Positions 27,574-41,889 of a DNA stretch of 64,000 nucleotides are shown here, in pieces. The first letter of the stretch is position 1, and the number at the start of each line of letters is the position of its first letter. A program made the translations under genes and the position numbers. Origin of the DNA: Octopus vulgaris (taxonomy: Eukaryota); assembly GCA_951406725.2 (NCBI GenBank), contig OX597823.1, positions 56,792,001 to 56,856,000 of the forward strand. Reading direction: 5' to 3'. The notes under the pieces were generated by a model. That model did no database searches. It had not been told where the DNA came from and was given only the letters and a program-made list of their open reading frames with translations.

Positions 27574-28270
27574 CTGATTTAGTCATCCAACATGAATAAA
27601 ACGCCGGTCAACATACTCGAATTTTAATTGCATGCTGTTATTCACAATGACAGTACTGGAGGAACAACAGAATCAATTGAAGGACAGAATATATTGCCTA
27701 GCTGCGTTTATTTACCTCTATTTGTTTTCTAAATTCAAATATCGCACAGAAATACGGTTCCTCGAGTCGATAAAAATGTACCTGTCAATCTCGAAATCAA
27801 TACAATACAATTTACGTCCTCTCCCAGCCAAATTATACTTTTGGTGCATATATTAAAAAATTACTTATATTTATCTCTCTAATGTCAAATACTTTAACAT
27901 GAGTACTGAATAAATATTGATTTTATACATAGCTACATACTTACATTTTTAATGACAATAAACAATCGATTATTGATCTCAGTGATTGTCTGGTACTTAG
28001 TCTTATGGACCAGTGAAAGATAAAAAAAAAGGCAAATTAGAGCAGGCGTGGATGTATGGCTAAAAAGCAAGGTGTGCAATCACGTGGTTTCCGGTTAAAT
28101 CCTGCACAGCACATTGAGGAAATGTTTACTAAAGCCTAGGAGCAGCCAATGCCTTGTGAGTGGATTCGGTAGATGGAAATTGTGTCGAAGTCTATCATTT
28201 ATATATATATATATATTTCATTTTGGGATTTGGTTTGCAAGATTCTTTATATGAGTTCGTGTGTTGAAGC

Positions 28271-28461
28271 ATATTCTGTTGTGTCTGGGGAAAGTCATTT
28301 TTTTTGTGTCTTACAATGTAACACACTCACCGGCAAGGTTGCAAGACGCAACGAAAATTTTAGGAGAATAAAAATATGAAATAAGTGGAAATTTTACCGG
28401 TGAGTGTGTTACACTGTAAGGCACAAAAAGAAAATGACTCTCTCCAGACACAACAGAATAT
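28271..28461. repeat. Inverted repeat with ~65-bp arms embedded between TA repeats
   Basis: atattctgttgtgtctgg...gtaacacactcaccgg and ccggtgagtgtgttac...ccagacacaacagaatat. Confidence 0.85.
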
Positions 28462-29406
28462 ATATACCTTTATATATATATGTATTTATATATATTTTTA
28501 TGTATATCTATGTATATATAAATACACAAAACTATATTTATATATGTATGTATATATATATGTATATACATGCGTGTACGTGCACACGCCTATAGTAATA
28601 TGTTAAAATGTGGCACAGGAGAAAGCAGAACAACTATAGAGAAAACATGAGAAAACTCAAGGAACATGGATACGCTCAACCCACATCAGTTAAAATCACG
28701 ACTATTTTGACGACGCTTTATTGACTAAAATACAAAATGGGACAAGAACGCAAAACGGGACAACAAAACATCCAGATAGACGATGCAAAAAAAAAAACAA
28801 AAAATAAAACACGGACGGATCATTCGAAGCCTTTTATCTTCAGTCAAGAACCGGATCATCCTCGCAATTTCGGCTGATTAATCTTGCAATTGCTCTAATC
28901 TGGCCAGCCCCAAGGAAAGACTTAGGTAAGAGCATTAAATTCCTAGGAAATAAGCAACGAATGTATACGAAACAAGGACGGAAAAGCAGACGATGTTAAA
29001 CGAATATAAATACAAAATACAATAAAAAGACAATAATAATAATAAGAGGACATAACAACAGGCATCTTTCGACTGAGAACGAATTGAATTCAGCTGGCTT
29101 GTATGGAAATTAAGCCTTACAGCAGAGGGAAGTATATCGACGTGGCAGTGACTATAGTCAAATGCAAAAGGGCTAGTAGTCGGCCAACGGTCACGTGAGA
29201 AGAGAAGAGAGAGAAAAAGGGGAACAAAGGAATTAAAGAGGGGAGAAGAGAGAGAGAGAGAGTGTGTAGAAGAAGTAGATAGACTGAAGAATCAAGGAGT
29301 GGCGAGAAAAAAAAAGAGGCAGGGACATAGTGAAGTGCAAAGTAAGAAAGGCAAAGAAATGTGAGGGAGAGGGAGGAGAAAGAGTTGAAAGATAGATAGA
29401 TAGATA

Positions 29407-29657
29407 CAGGGTTGGCCTAAAGGCATCTAACATCTAAAGTCATCTGACAGTAAATCAAAATTCCATAAATATTTAATATTCAATTTTATTTATTCATGCC
29501 AATTATGAATATTTAATAATTGAATGCTGTGAGTTAAAATCACCGTTTATTTTCAACATTTGTCTATTTATTCGCAAAGTCTCATAAAATAATTTATTGT
29601 TTTAATCTTGGAATTAAATCGTTTTGATTTACTGTCAGGTTACTTTTGGCCAACCCC

Positions 29658-29658
<1 letters not shown>
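29407..29658. mobile_element. Tc1/mariner-type MITE
   Basis: TA|cagggttggcc..aaagtcatctgacagtaaatcaaaa ... ttttgatttactgtcaggttacttttggccaaccccg; ~35-bp TIRs with a small duplication in the left TIR. Confidence 0.75.
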
Positions 29659-29700
<42 letters not shown>

Positions 29701-29703
<3 letters not shown>

Positions 29704-29882
29704 AGAGTTTACGAAAATAACAAAAGACGAAGACAGGTGGTGTTGAAAACAAACAGATGTATTAGTATAACGCTCAGGAATAGAAAAAGTCTTTTACGTT
29801 TCAAGCCTACGCTCTTCTACAGAAAGCGACACAGAAAAAGGAGAGAAAAAAATGTGTGTAGTGGCTAACGATCTATCATGGC
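29701..29882 (-). mobile_element. Penelope pLTR-like short element with a minimal hammerhead-like motif (degenerate)
   Basis: Minus ttt-ctgtaga-agagcgtaggctt-gaaacgta...ttcctgagcgt...; related to the 22.2, 51.1 and 61.4 kb family; 3' end abuts (TA)n. Confidence 0.6.
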
Positions 29883-30212
29883 GAACACACGCGCACACGG
29901 AGCAGAGATAAGGGATTTGCGTATATCTCTCAATATAGAGGTATATGTGGTTTAAATATGTATATATGTCGATCACCACAGTTGTTGGACTAAGTGCGGA
30001 AGAGCAAAAAGTTTGTAAGCTCATCAAGATTGTTTAAGAGATAAGGGAAGAATCGTAGACTATTGGGGGTAAGAATTTGTATTCCGAGTGCGTAGGCGTT
30101 TTAGTGCTTTTGTCTTGTGCGTCCGTGTGTGCTCCTTGACATTTTATACACGAACTAAAGTGAAGACTAATTAAGGAATTTTGGGGGTGTAGATACATAT
30201 GGATATACGGCA

Positions 30213-30295
<83 letters not shown>

Positions 30296-30390
30296 ATACA
30301 CATATATATGTATATACACATATATACATAGGTACATGTATATACGCATGCACATACATACACACACACACACACACACATATATATATG

Positions 30391-30479
<89 letters not shown>

Positions 30480-30753
30480 GTACACAGATACACACATTTC
30501 CATTAAAGTGTAGTTATGGAAAACTTTTAGCTAGAAGAATGAAATAATAGGGCAGTGTACAGTGTATGGGAAAATAGGTGTTAGGAAAAGATGTAAAGAA
30601 ACAGTTACTTAATAGTTCATGGGAAGGTGAACAGAAAAGATCAAAAGAAAAACGTTAAAATGTAAATGCGCGCATATAGCTAAATTGAAAGGTCTGTAGA
30701 TGTGAGTATATTTGCATATATGAGTGAGATTGAGAAGAACGTTATTCAAGTTG

Positions 30754-31150
30754 TTAGCGATTTAGTTTACATGAATGGCTTAAGGTTTTAAAAAATTTGT
30801 GGTTATTCAGAAGTTGTGTTTCTGATAGCAGGGTATGGGTTGCCTCCTCGGTGCACACATGGCATGGTCCCCTTCTGCCCGTGTATGGGGTTGCGTGTTT
30901 TATCACACTCAAATAGAGCGAGTTCCTGATGCTTGAGTTTTTCAATTGCCATAACTACTTCGGTAGGGTTGTCGAAAGTGCTAATTTTGAGTTTCTGAAT
31001 GAATGCAAGCGTGTGTAGTATCGTCTTTTGAAGGAATTGGCCGTGCTCCTTAGCTGTTGTAGAAGTGATAACCTGACACCTATAGACGATGCTTTTGGCG
31101 AGACAATTTCTATTCAAAGGGCGATCCTGCGATTTTCTACAGTTACAAGT
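30754..31150 (-). pseudogene. Decayed Penelope-like (Naiad-type) GIY-YIG endonuclease
   Basis: Across frameshifts: TCNCRKSQDRPLNRNCLAKSIVYRCQV...ANSFKRRYYTRLHSFRNSKLALSTTLPK*LWQLKN...KHATPYTGRRGPCHVCTEE...LLN; collinear with the 58821-59321 ORF. Confidence 0.85.
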
Positions 31151-31477
31151 TTTAGTTATCGGAAGTAGACCGGTTTCGGAAGAGTTGAGTCAGATTGGAA
31201 GCTATTCTGGACGTTGGGCATTTTATGTGGGTTCATATTTTTCTTGATCTTGAAGTTGTTAATGACGGCGATATTGTGAGCATGGTTGGTGGTTGCCGGC
31301 AAAGTTAGCGGGAGTAAATTCTCGAACTCCACATAACATTTGCTTTTCCCAGTGTCATCTCTTCGTTTCTATTACAACTCTATACTCATATAACGCGTTC
31401 TGGACCATATCAATATTGATTACAACACCAGGTTATTAGTCCCGCTATGCTTAAGTGAAATATTAGAATATGTATAT

Positions 31478-31563
<86 letters not shown>

Positions 31564-31633
31564 ATACATATATATATATATGTATATATATATACACATA
31601 TGTGTATATATATGAGCATGTGTGTATATATAT

Positions 31634-31665
<32 letters not shown>

Positions 31666-32244
31666 GTATACAAACACACACATATATATATACATGCATA
31701 TATATATATACACACACACACACATATATACTTACATATATATGTATGTGTTTGAGTATCTGTGTATGTATTTGTACATTCACAACATACGCAAACGCTC
31801 ACTCGCACACATATATGTATGTCTGAATTTGTGATCGTTGATATTATACCCTACGTTAGCTAAAACATATCTGAGAGAATCGTGTACATAATGGACTGTA
31901 TAAATAAAATTATTGAAGTGAGTAAAATAGGAAATAGCTGTTAGTCAAAATGGAATTATACAAATTTTATCCGGACTACTAGCAACATTGTAAGAGCTTT
32001 TAAAAGCGGAATTCAATTGATATGGAAACGAGAATGATGTGGAAGAAAATAGGATGCCGACAGCTTACGGAACAATTTTCGGCATTATTGATAAAACGTT
32101 TGAAAGTTTTAAGAAATATGCAGAAGTGATTTGAGAAATTGCACCAGAAATTGCTCAAGTAACTGTAAAATCAGGCGTATTTTGGGTGCACTTCGTGTGT
32201 TCATATATATGTATAGATATGTGCATGCGCAAGCACACTTTAAC

Positions 32245-32310
<66 letters not shown>

Positions 32311-32515
32311 GTATGTATGCATGTATGTATGTATGCGTGCGTTTATTTATCGTAATAAATCTGTCTATTTTCTCGTTCTGGTGTTCCTTGAATCTTGTTT
32401 CACTCCGTTGTGTCTGTCTATCTGGGTATATGTATATATGCTTGCATACACACACACACACACACGCACACACACATACACACACATATGTATGTATATA
32501 TATGTGTATATATAC

Positions 32516-32556
<41 letters not shown>

Positions 32557-32608
32557 CATATGTGCACACACACATTCACACATACATATACATATTTATA
32601 TATACCCG

Positions 32609-32643
<35 letters not shown>

Positions 32644-32764
32644 ATGGATTGTCATGTATGTATGTGTGTATATATATATATATGTATATACACACGCATA
32701 TACATATATACATATATAGATACGTATATATTTATATGCAAATATGGTACAAACACAGGCACAC

Positions 32765-32810
<46 letters not shown>

Positions 32811-33229
32811 ATATAAAGATATAGATAAGTAGACGGATAAATATTTGTATGCATATGCATAAACACATAAAACATAGACGTATGTGTGTGTGTGTATGTG
32901 TGTGCGTGTGTGTATGGGTGATTTTGTGTTTAAATGTGTATGCGAGTATGTTCATATATAAAAGATCTGGAAAGAGGCAAAACATGATATCCGATTATTG
33001 CCTTCAGTCGACTTGAAACGAGTGTACTGAAACTACGAAACTTAAAAACAAATTCCTATGCTATCAAATAAATACTTGTTTGTGAAAATAACTGTATGTT
33101 CTATTTTAAGTAGTGAGTACTACTGCCATACTTACAGTAGTTTATAGCAATGCAGCAACCTGAAATGCATTCCGTATGTATGCACACACACGCACACACA
33201 CACACAAGCATATACACACATTCATATAT

Positions 33230-33464
33230 ATATTTCTTTACTACCCACAAGGGGCTAAACACAGAGGGGATAAACAAGGACAGACAAACAGATTAAGTCG
33301 ATTACATCGACCCCCAGCGCGTAACTGGTACTTAATTTATCGACCCCGAAAGGATGAAAGGCAAAGTCGAGCCCGACGGAATTTGAACTCACAACGTAGC
33401 GACAGACGAAATACGGCTACGCATTTCGCCCGGCGTGCTAACGTTTCTGCCAGCTCGCCGCCTT
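33230..33464 (-). mobile_element. SINE family B, long tail, full length
   Basis: Full-length match; TSD-like attcatatata on both sides. Confidence 0.92.
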
Positions 33465-33577
33465 ATTCATATATACTTGCATACACATACATATAAACGT
33501 ACATAGATATATACATATGTATATGCATACATAGATACACACACACACACACACACATATATATCCATTCATCCATC

Positions 33578-33722
33578 CGTGGTAAGCAATTTGCTTGCCA
33601 ACCACTTGGTTCCGGGTTCAGTCCCACTGCGTGGCAGATTGGGCAGCTGTCTTCTACTATAGTCTCAGGCCAACCAGAGGCTTGTGAGTGAATTTGGTAG
33701 ACGGAAACTGAAAGACACCCGT

Positions 33723-33809
<87 letters not shown>

Positions 33810-34050
33810 GTGTGTGTGTGTGTGTGTGTTTTGTGTTTGTTTGTATATGTTTGTATGTCTATATTTGTCCCCCCAACATCCCTTGACAATGCTGGTGTGT
33901 TTAGGTCCGTAATCTATCGGTTCGGTTCGGTATAAGGGACCGATAGAATAAGTACTAGGCTTACAAAGAATAAGTCCTGGAGTCGATTTGCTCGACTAAA
34001 GGCGGTGCTCCAACATGGCTGCAGTTAAATGACTGAAATAAGTAAAAGAA
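33578..34050 (+). mobile_element. SINE family A with expanded internal (TA)n(TG)n
   Basis: Head, CORE-like segment and tail all recognisable. Confidence 0.9.
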
Positions 34051-34057
34051 TTATATA

Positions 34058-34242
34058 CGAAGAGTTGCTGAAAAGTTCGTGGCTTCGGGTAAAAAAAAAT
34101 TATGATTTTATTCAATATATTTTCCTGTCAGATTCACTCGCTTATTATACACGGAGAGGCGGCGGTAAAAGAAGGCGGAAGTTTGGACCTCCAGCCAGGG
34201 CTTTTGTGATACCCTTAAAGCCAGGAATCTTTCAGTACCCCT
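34058..34242. mobile_element. Mariner-like MITE, degenerate copy
   Basis: TA|cgaagagttgctgaaaagttcgtggctt ... aaagccaggaatctttcagtacccc; homologous to 44956-45174. Confidence 0.7.
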
Positions 34243-34314
34243 GAATTTTTCAGAATTTTTCATATATATATTCGCACATAAATATGTGCATCTGTGTATA
34301 CATACACGTGTTTG

Positions 34315-34374
<60 letters not shown>

Positions 34375-34919
34375 CGCGCACACGCGCACACACACATACA
34401 CGTATACATATAAAATAAATATTTTATAAGCAATATTAAATCTCTGAGCGAGATATAAACAGTAACCGCTCCACAACGTAAGGTGTACTAGCCATCTGAA
34501 TGTGGCTAGCCACTGGGGATGGGGTGTTACTGATGCTTTTAGCCCCAGGCGTTCAACGTCACCAGATGGACTTTAGACACAATTTCAGTGCCCTTGTGTT
34601 ATTTGCAAAGGGAGGTCATCCTCCCTCGAAAACCTAAGTGCTACATACGGACTATAGTTTCAAGGTAATTGCCTCTCGTCAACGCATGGTAAACACCGGC
34701 TTTCAATTATATACATAATTATGATAAGGGCTTGGCTTGTGTCTCACCACGCACTGAAAAATAGACGTCAAAAGACACTATTACCACCATAAATTCTCCG
34801 AGAAAATCACACTACATAATAGGCTGCCAGAAGAAAGAAAATGAATGAAATCTTTGGTTAACCGCGTACATGATTGTGTTTCGGGCTTAAAGTAATAAAA
34901 ACATTACCTATTGCCTTCA

Positions 34920-35217
34920 TCAGTGTCGGTATTCCAGGCATAACTATACGAGTGACTACGGATATGTAAGCGAGCTGCGTCTTCGCTTAACTTATATCCA
35001 AAGTGATACAAATCTGCGATATTGTAATGGGCAGACTACAATACACACGTGCTCACAAAAACAGCTCACAAAAACACAAATATCACAACTTGCAAAGTAA
35101 AAACAGCAATGTTACTCGGCACACTGCCTCATGAAGCTCTCATTGCACACGCGACCGTGTGCTGCCATCTGTTGGCGCGCTAGAGAAGAAGTCCGGAAAC
35201 TTTTTGATACTACCTCG
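34920..35217. mobile_element. Terminal fragment of a mariner-like element
   Basis: Ends gtgctgccatctgttgg...ccggaaactttttgatactacctcg|TA, which resembles a mariner TIR; no partner TIR found and inner boundary uncertain. Confidence 0.5.
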
Positions 35218-35791
35218 TATATAATCCAGATCTAAAACTGTATCGTGTTTCTAGTGCTCACGATTATTGTTACCTCGAAAAGAAGTTTTTCTTTTTTGAG
35301 TTTACGTGATTTTTGCTAACAGTTCAATGGACACCTCGAAAGTACAGATTTCAGGCCGTGACGAAGTTTTCTTAACAATTTCTAATGGACATTTCGTTGT
35401 CTCTGCTTCGAACGGTGTTTGTCTTGTTATTTAGTAAGAGCAAACTACGAATGATTGTGATCACTCACACATTTGGCACCGAGGTCAAGAAACCAACAAC
35501 ATTTGACCATACAGTGTACACCGCATACACAGACATACGCATGCGCGCCTTATACCTGCCGGATAATTGCTGTATGGATGATACCTACTGAGGTAGAAAC
35601 ACGTATCCAAAAATGCCATACAGAAATAACAAACCAAACTTTACTTGCATATTATTTACTCTTCACGTTCAGAGCTGATTGCAATTGCCATCAGGTATTT
35701 GCTTACCTTCACTCGAAACGAAGAGAATTTCAATAAGAGAAGAATGGTATTTTATATAACTTTCTACATGGTATATATTATATATACATAT

Positions 35792-36160
35792 TAACTGGCA
35801 CCCCGTGGGATGCGACGAGGAGTATACCAGATGATTCGATCATTGGAGCAGGTTGTTTGAGAAATTAGCATGTAAGTGGCTGAGCAATTCACAGGCATTG
35901 GTACCCTTAGCGTAGTTCTGAGGAGCAATTCACAGACATTGGTACCCTTAGCGTAGTTCTCAGGGAGATTCAACATGACACAGAATTTAACAAAGCTGGT
36001 CCCTTTGAATAACAGGTAAAACTCATTTTTGCCAGCCGATTACACTTGAGCAATGTGAAATAATGTGTCTTTGCTCAAGAACATAGCGCACCACCGGGTA
36101 TCGAACTCACGACCACACGATCGTTAGCCGAATACCTTAACCACTTAACCATGCGCCTTC
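35792..36160 (-). mobile_element. CORE SINE related to family C with an alternative 3' tail and an internal ~41-bp duplication
   Basis: tRNA head gaaggcgcatggttaagtggttaagg...gagttcgatacccgg, CORE-like gttcttgagcaaagacac; gagcaattcacag.cattggtacccttagcgtagttct occurs twice. Confidence 0.82.
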
Positions 36161-36168
36161 AATATATA

Positions 36169-36539
<371 letters not shown>

Positions 36540-36582
36540 ATGTGTGCTTGTGTGTGTGTGTATGATTGTGCGCGCGCATATA

Positions 36583-37733
36583 CACATGACAGAAGTAAAT
36601 AGACACATTTATAATCGTTAAAATATATTTAAATCTGAAACTATTCGTTCAAATTATTTGTTAATTGTTAGAATGTGAATATTAAATATTTAGTAGAAAT
36701 GCCCCTTGCATTTTTCAATGCAAGGACCCTTTTAGGCATGTTAATGATCTGATGACGAATATTCTCTTGAGGAATTTCTTGCCAAGTTTCATGCAGTAAT
36801 CTCAAAAGATCTGGCCTTGAAGATGCTTTCTTGTTCTTTTTATGAAGTGTCCTGTACATTATGCCCCAGAAGTGTTCAGGAGGGTTCATATTTGGTGAAT
36901 GGTTTGGCTATGAAAGCTTTTTAATACCATTCTCATCCAAGAAATCTTGTGTCATTTTAGCCATCTTCCGTAAATAAAGAGTCTTCTTTAATCATTTCAC
37001 AACTGAAGATTGGAAGTAGCCCTTTCTGCAATATGAACACATATCTGAATTTATGTTTCCCTCATACTCCACCAGCTCTGATTAACCAAATTGCTTCGCA
37101 GACCATCACAGAATAGCTGCCGTGTTTCGTTATTGGCTGCAATCTTTTCATGTCAAATTCTTTATCACAGAGCCTCCAGATTGACACTGGACCAGTGTCA
37201 GAATATACAGCAAATCTGGACTCATTAGAGAATATGACAGTGACCCAAAGTGCTAGTGGCTACTCCACCATCTCACTGGCCCAAACTTTACTCCGCTTGA
37301 TATTGGCTGGTCAGAGAAGTGGCTTCTTTCTTGTTGCTCTGCCATAGTAACCAAGTTTGTGGAGATACCTGACAGCTGTTCTGGTTCTGACATCAACGTG
37401 TTCTGCTATGTTAGATGCCTTGCAACGAGGATTATCCTCCACACTTCTCTTATCAAAGAGAAGGGTCGTGTCAGAGATCTCTGGGCGAGGTGACGTGGAC
37501 ACCTTCCCCTGTCTGGTGATTGCACATTCACTCTATTAGCTGTAGAAAGCGGGATCCCAAGATGGCCTCTTTGAAATTCAGAGAGTTCCAAGTTTCTGTA
37601 TATGCCATGATTAAACGGTTATATATAGGACCTGAGACGTAAAAATGCCAATTAATAAAAAATATAAACCTTTGCAAATTAGAATAATCATAAAACGATG
37701 TTTTATGGGGTGTCTATTTACTTCTGTCGTGTG
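36583..37733 (-). mobile_element. Tc1-family DNA transposon fossil with TIRs
   Basis: 24-bp TIRs cacatgacagaagtaaatagacac / gtgtctatttacttctgtcgtgtg (1 mismatch), with TA at the left end. Confidence 0.9.
36680..37608 (-). pseudogene. Frameshifted Tc1 transposase
   Basis: ELSEFQRG, RYLHKLGYYGRATRKKPLL, WVTVIFSNESRF (first catalytic D changed to N), HSPNMNPPEHFW, WQEIPQENIRHQIINMPKRVLALKNARGISTKY. Confidence 0.92.
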
Positions 37734-37903
37734 TGTGTGTGTGTGTGTGCATGTGTGCATGTGTGCATGTGTGCGTATATATATACTTTGTCAAACAACT
37801 AGATACATAACTGGCGAATTATAATTATTCGGTAGGCTTCAAAACAAATATATATATTTATATTTATAAACTAAATTTCACTTACACATCGTACAAATAT
37901 GAT

Positions 37904-37965
<62 letters not shown>

Positions 37966-38584
37966 TAATAATAATGATAACAAAATTATAATGTGTGTGT
38001 GTGTATGTATATATATATATATTTATATATGTTATATTTTCGTTGTTTGCCCCACCCGGTATTGTTGGTATTTATAACAGAATATAGGTCAAAATTATAT
38101 ACATACAATTATTTACATATACATATACATGAAAATATGAATTCAACGGCTAGACGCACTCCTCTTCACTTTTATAAAGTTCAAAAGTATACAATAGATC
38201 AAATAGATCAATCAAACCGGAGAAGACACACATAGAAATGAGTGCACCCAACCCCCCATAGATACAAGCATATGCGCATATGTGTGTGTGTGTGTGTGTG
38301 TGTGTATGGGCGCGCGCGCGTTTGTGTATACAATAGTTCAAGCATAAACAGGCGACAGAGACAGATTTTCATTGACTATAAAAGGAGGCAAGACAATCCT
38401 ACTTCATTAGAGTCGTTTCAGCCAGCCTAGCCGAACGGATCTGGTCAACGCCTCTCAGCTGCTGCAACACACACACACACACAGACACACACAGACACAC
38501 ACACATATACATACACACAAGCACACACAAAGATATTATGTATATATATATACACATAAAGATATTATGTATATATATATATAA

Positions 38585-38617
<33 letters not shown>

Positions 38618-39371
38618 CACATATATATATACATGTGTGTGCGTGTGTTGTATGTATATATACACACACATATATATATATATATATATACATAAATGTA
38701 CATATATATATACAATATATATATATGTGTATATATGTGTATATATATGTATATATATGTATATATATATATATGTGTATGTATGCATATATATATGTGT
38801 GTGTATGTATGCATATATGTATATATATATGTGTATGTATATATATATATATATATATATATAAGCGGAGAAGTTCATATCATATAATGGCTAACAAAAA
38901 TGTGCAATAAAATTCTAGACAGATGAATAAATGAATGAATAGATAGATGGATGACTACAGAAGTTAAATAGATGAAGAATTACATTTACAAAATGATAAC
39001 GTGAAATCTAAGTGTTCAGAGGCGCATAGAGAAATATATGGACACAGACCCATCTGCACGGGCGCAGATGAATTAATAAGCTCGCATATGAATTAAGAGA
39101 TGGCTTGTGATTGATAGACAGGTAAACGGTGAAATGTACGAGTTCCCGGTACAATATTAATTAGTAAGATTGATATACGTAGATGGAACTGACTGAACAC
39201 ACATTGCGCACGCTCTCTCTCTCTCACACACTCACACACACACACACAAACACACACACAAACACATACATATATATTTATATCTTTATATCCTGTATTT
39301 TTTTCAGTCAATAAGCTACGGCCTTGCTGAGGGATTGTAGCCGAACGAATCGACGTAAACATACCAATACC

Positions 39372-39603
39372 TATTTCTTTATTACCCACAAGGGGCTAAA
39401 CATAGAGAGGACAAACAAGGACAGACATAGGTATTAAGTCGATTACATCGACATCAGTGCGTAACTGGTACTTAATTTATCGACCCCGAAAGGATGAAAG
39501 GCAAAGTCAACCTCGGCGGAATTTGAACTCACAACGTAACGACAAGCGAAATACCGTTAAGCATTTCGCCCGGCGTGCTAACGCTTCTGCCAGCTCTCCG
39601 CCT
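39372..39603 (-). mobile_element. SINE family B inserted into a degenerate family A SINE, 15-bp TSD
   Basis: aaacataccaatacc at 39357-39371 and 39607-39621; flanks continue the family A sequence (acgtaaac...cggttgtcaag). Confidence 0.92.
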
Positions 39604-41007
39604 TGCAAACATACCAATACCGGTTGTCAAGGGATCGTGGAAGGAGACAGGGTTACAAAGACACACACAGACACACATATACCACGGGCTTCTTTTGTGT
39701 TTCTGTCTAACAAATCGACATCGACTTAATCTAGAGAGAAAATATGAAATGGCCACGTGCGTGTGTCATGATGAATTCACAAACTAAAATACTTAGCAAT
39801 AATTATACTAATCTCTTTGTTGCTGCAAAGACAATAGATCAGGGGAGATTGAAGGTAAAATTTACGAATATAATAAGATTTTAGATCATATTATGAAAAA
39901 GTGAATATAGAAAACAATAACACAAAAAGTAAACTAGAACTGATAGCACATGCACCTGAGACTAATCAGGGAACCTCAGATATTCAGGATAACTGAGATT
40001 CTTAAGGACAAGAGCCTACTCCCAGCTGGTCCCTTCACTCGGCCTTTATCCACGACTCGCTCATCAAATTCACCAAAGGGCAATATCGCCCACCCAACAC
40101 TCACATTTCACGCCAGATATTCCTGAGGGTTTGGCTGAAAAAGGAAGGAGTCTACTATAGACTTTAGAATCTTGTCTACTTGACAACCTCTTTCGCCATC
40201 ACCACTTTCCTTTCCAGCCAAAGGAAAAAAAAAAAACTGGGTGATCCTCATGATGGACTTAGCTGATGGCTAGATTTGCCCTCTATTCAATAATGGTTGT
40301 TCAAAATAATTCAGCAAGTCAAAAATGGCCAAGCGCTGAACGTTTCCATGCAAAAAAGTTTCATTGTCCTTATAAATACCCCAGACAAATCAAGCTGATT
40401 GCAGTACCATGTTCATTGAGTATATCTTTAGCCAGCTTTGTCAACTGTTGCACTGCCAGGTCAAGATTTCCTGAAGGTGCCCATAATTCCCTGGCATGAC
40501 AGTTCTCCAGAAATTGCTACATGATTGATTTTGTCAAAGGTCAGAATCTCTCAGAGATCATTGTCTCTCTAGCTTGCAAGAAACCATCGATAGAATGTAA
40601 AGGCTGCGTTGACTAGTTAGTAGAGAACTTTAGGCGCCTGATTCGACCCTTGATACCAGGCGCCGAATCATGATCTTTTTTTGTTCCAGGACTATAGCGC
40701 CGTCAATCAGCAATGTTTTCTCTCTGCCCAGAAATATCTGCAGATGCCGTAGCTTCAGCGCTCCCATGCACATCATCAATAATAATATTTATTATTATAT
40801 GCCATCAACAGAGAGTAATTTTGTTGCAGACTAAAACAAAATGGATGCTTTTTGAATTTAGAACAAAAAATGCCTGATAACGCCGTTTGATGTTAAAATT
40901 ATGTTTCCGTGCGTATATTATATTTGTATGGATGCATCTATGAAATTATTTTTGTGTGAATGTATGAAATGTCTCCGTGTATGTGTGCGCATTTATATAT
41001 GCAAGTA

Positions 41008-41104
<97 letters not shown>

Positions 41105-41189
41105 ATGTATATGTATATATATGTATATATATATGCATGTATATATGCACATATATATTTATATGCAAACACACACACATATACACACA

Positions 41190-41235
<46 letters not shown>

Positions 41236-41238
<3 letters not shown>

Positions 41239-41370
41239 GACGGGCTTCTTTCAGTTTCCGTCCACGAAACATCTCAAAAGGCTTTGGTCGGCTCTAGGCT
41301 ATAGTGAAAGACACTGAATCTGGAACCGTGTCGCTGGGAAGCAAGCTTCTTACAAAATAGCCACTCCTGC
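41236..41370 (-). mobile_element. SINE family A, 5' half
   Basis: tacgacgggcttctttcagtttccgtc...agccactcctgc. Confidence 0.75.
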
Positions 41371-41493
41371 ACTTTTTATGTAAGAAAAAAAAGCCCCATC
41401 TCTTGCCCTAAGTTCTTTGCAGTGTAATCGAACCAAGGATTTGGTGTTTGCGAAGCATGTAGACTTTTCTGAGTTATAGGCATATAGCCCTAA

Positions 41494-41713
41494 CCCTTTA
41501 GCATTTAAACCGGCCGAATTTTGTCCAAATATTCTGCCTGTCTTATGTTCAAACCGACCATATCCGACCCATCATACCTACCTTACAACATACTCTTCAA
41601 AATGTACACGCACACCATCGAAATCCCAAATTTATGACATAATGTATGGTTAAATTAAAACAATGTGAATAAATAACCATTACATTTGACAGAATAATCT
41701 GAATAATTAAGGG
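41494..41713. mobile_element. piggyBac-like MITE, degenerate
   Basis: ctaa|ccctttagcatt ... aataattaaggg|ttga; CCC/GGG ends with TTAA-like flanks. Confidence 0.5.
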
Positions 41714-41889
41714 TTGAACCACAAAAGATCAATACTGTTTACCTATCTTATTCGCCTCGGAAAGAGTAAAACCAATCTGAAGAGGATTTGATCTCAGAGC
41801 ATAAAGGCAATTAAATAAATACCGGTTATATTTTATTTGCCATCCTATCGTTCTTACCACTTCATCGTATTATGTTTATTAACAGTACG

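Noticed and set aside
28600-29210. Probable interspersed repeat with CTGAAGA on the minus strand
   Set aside because: No properly placed GAAA or stems and no second copy in the window, so it cannot be classified.
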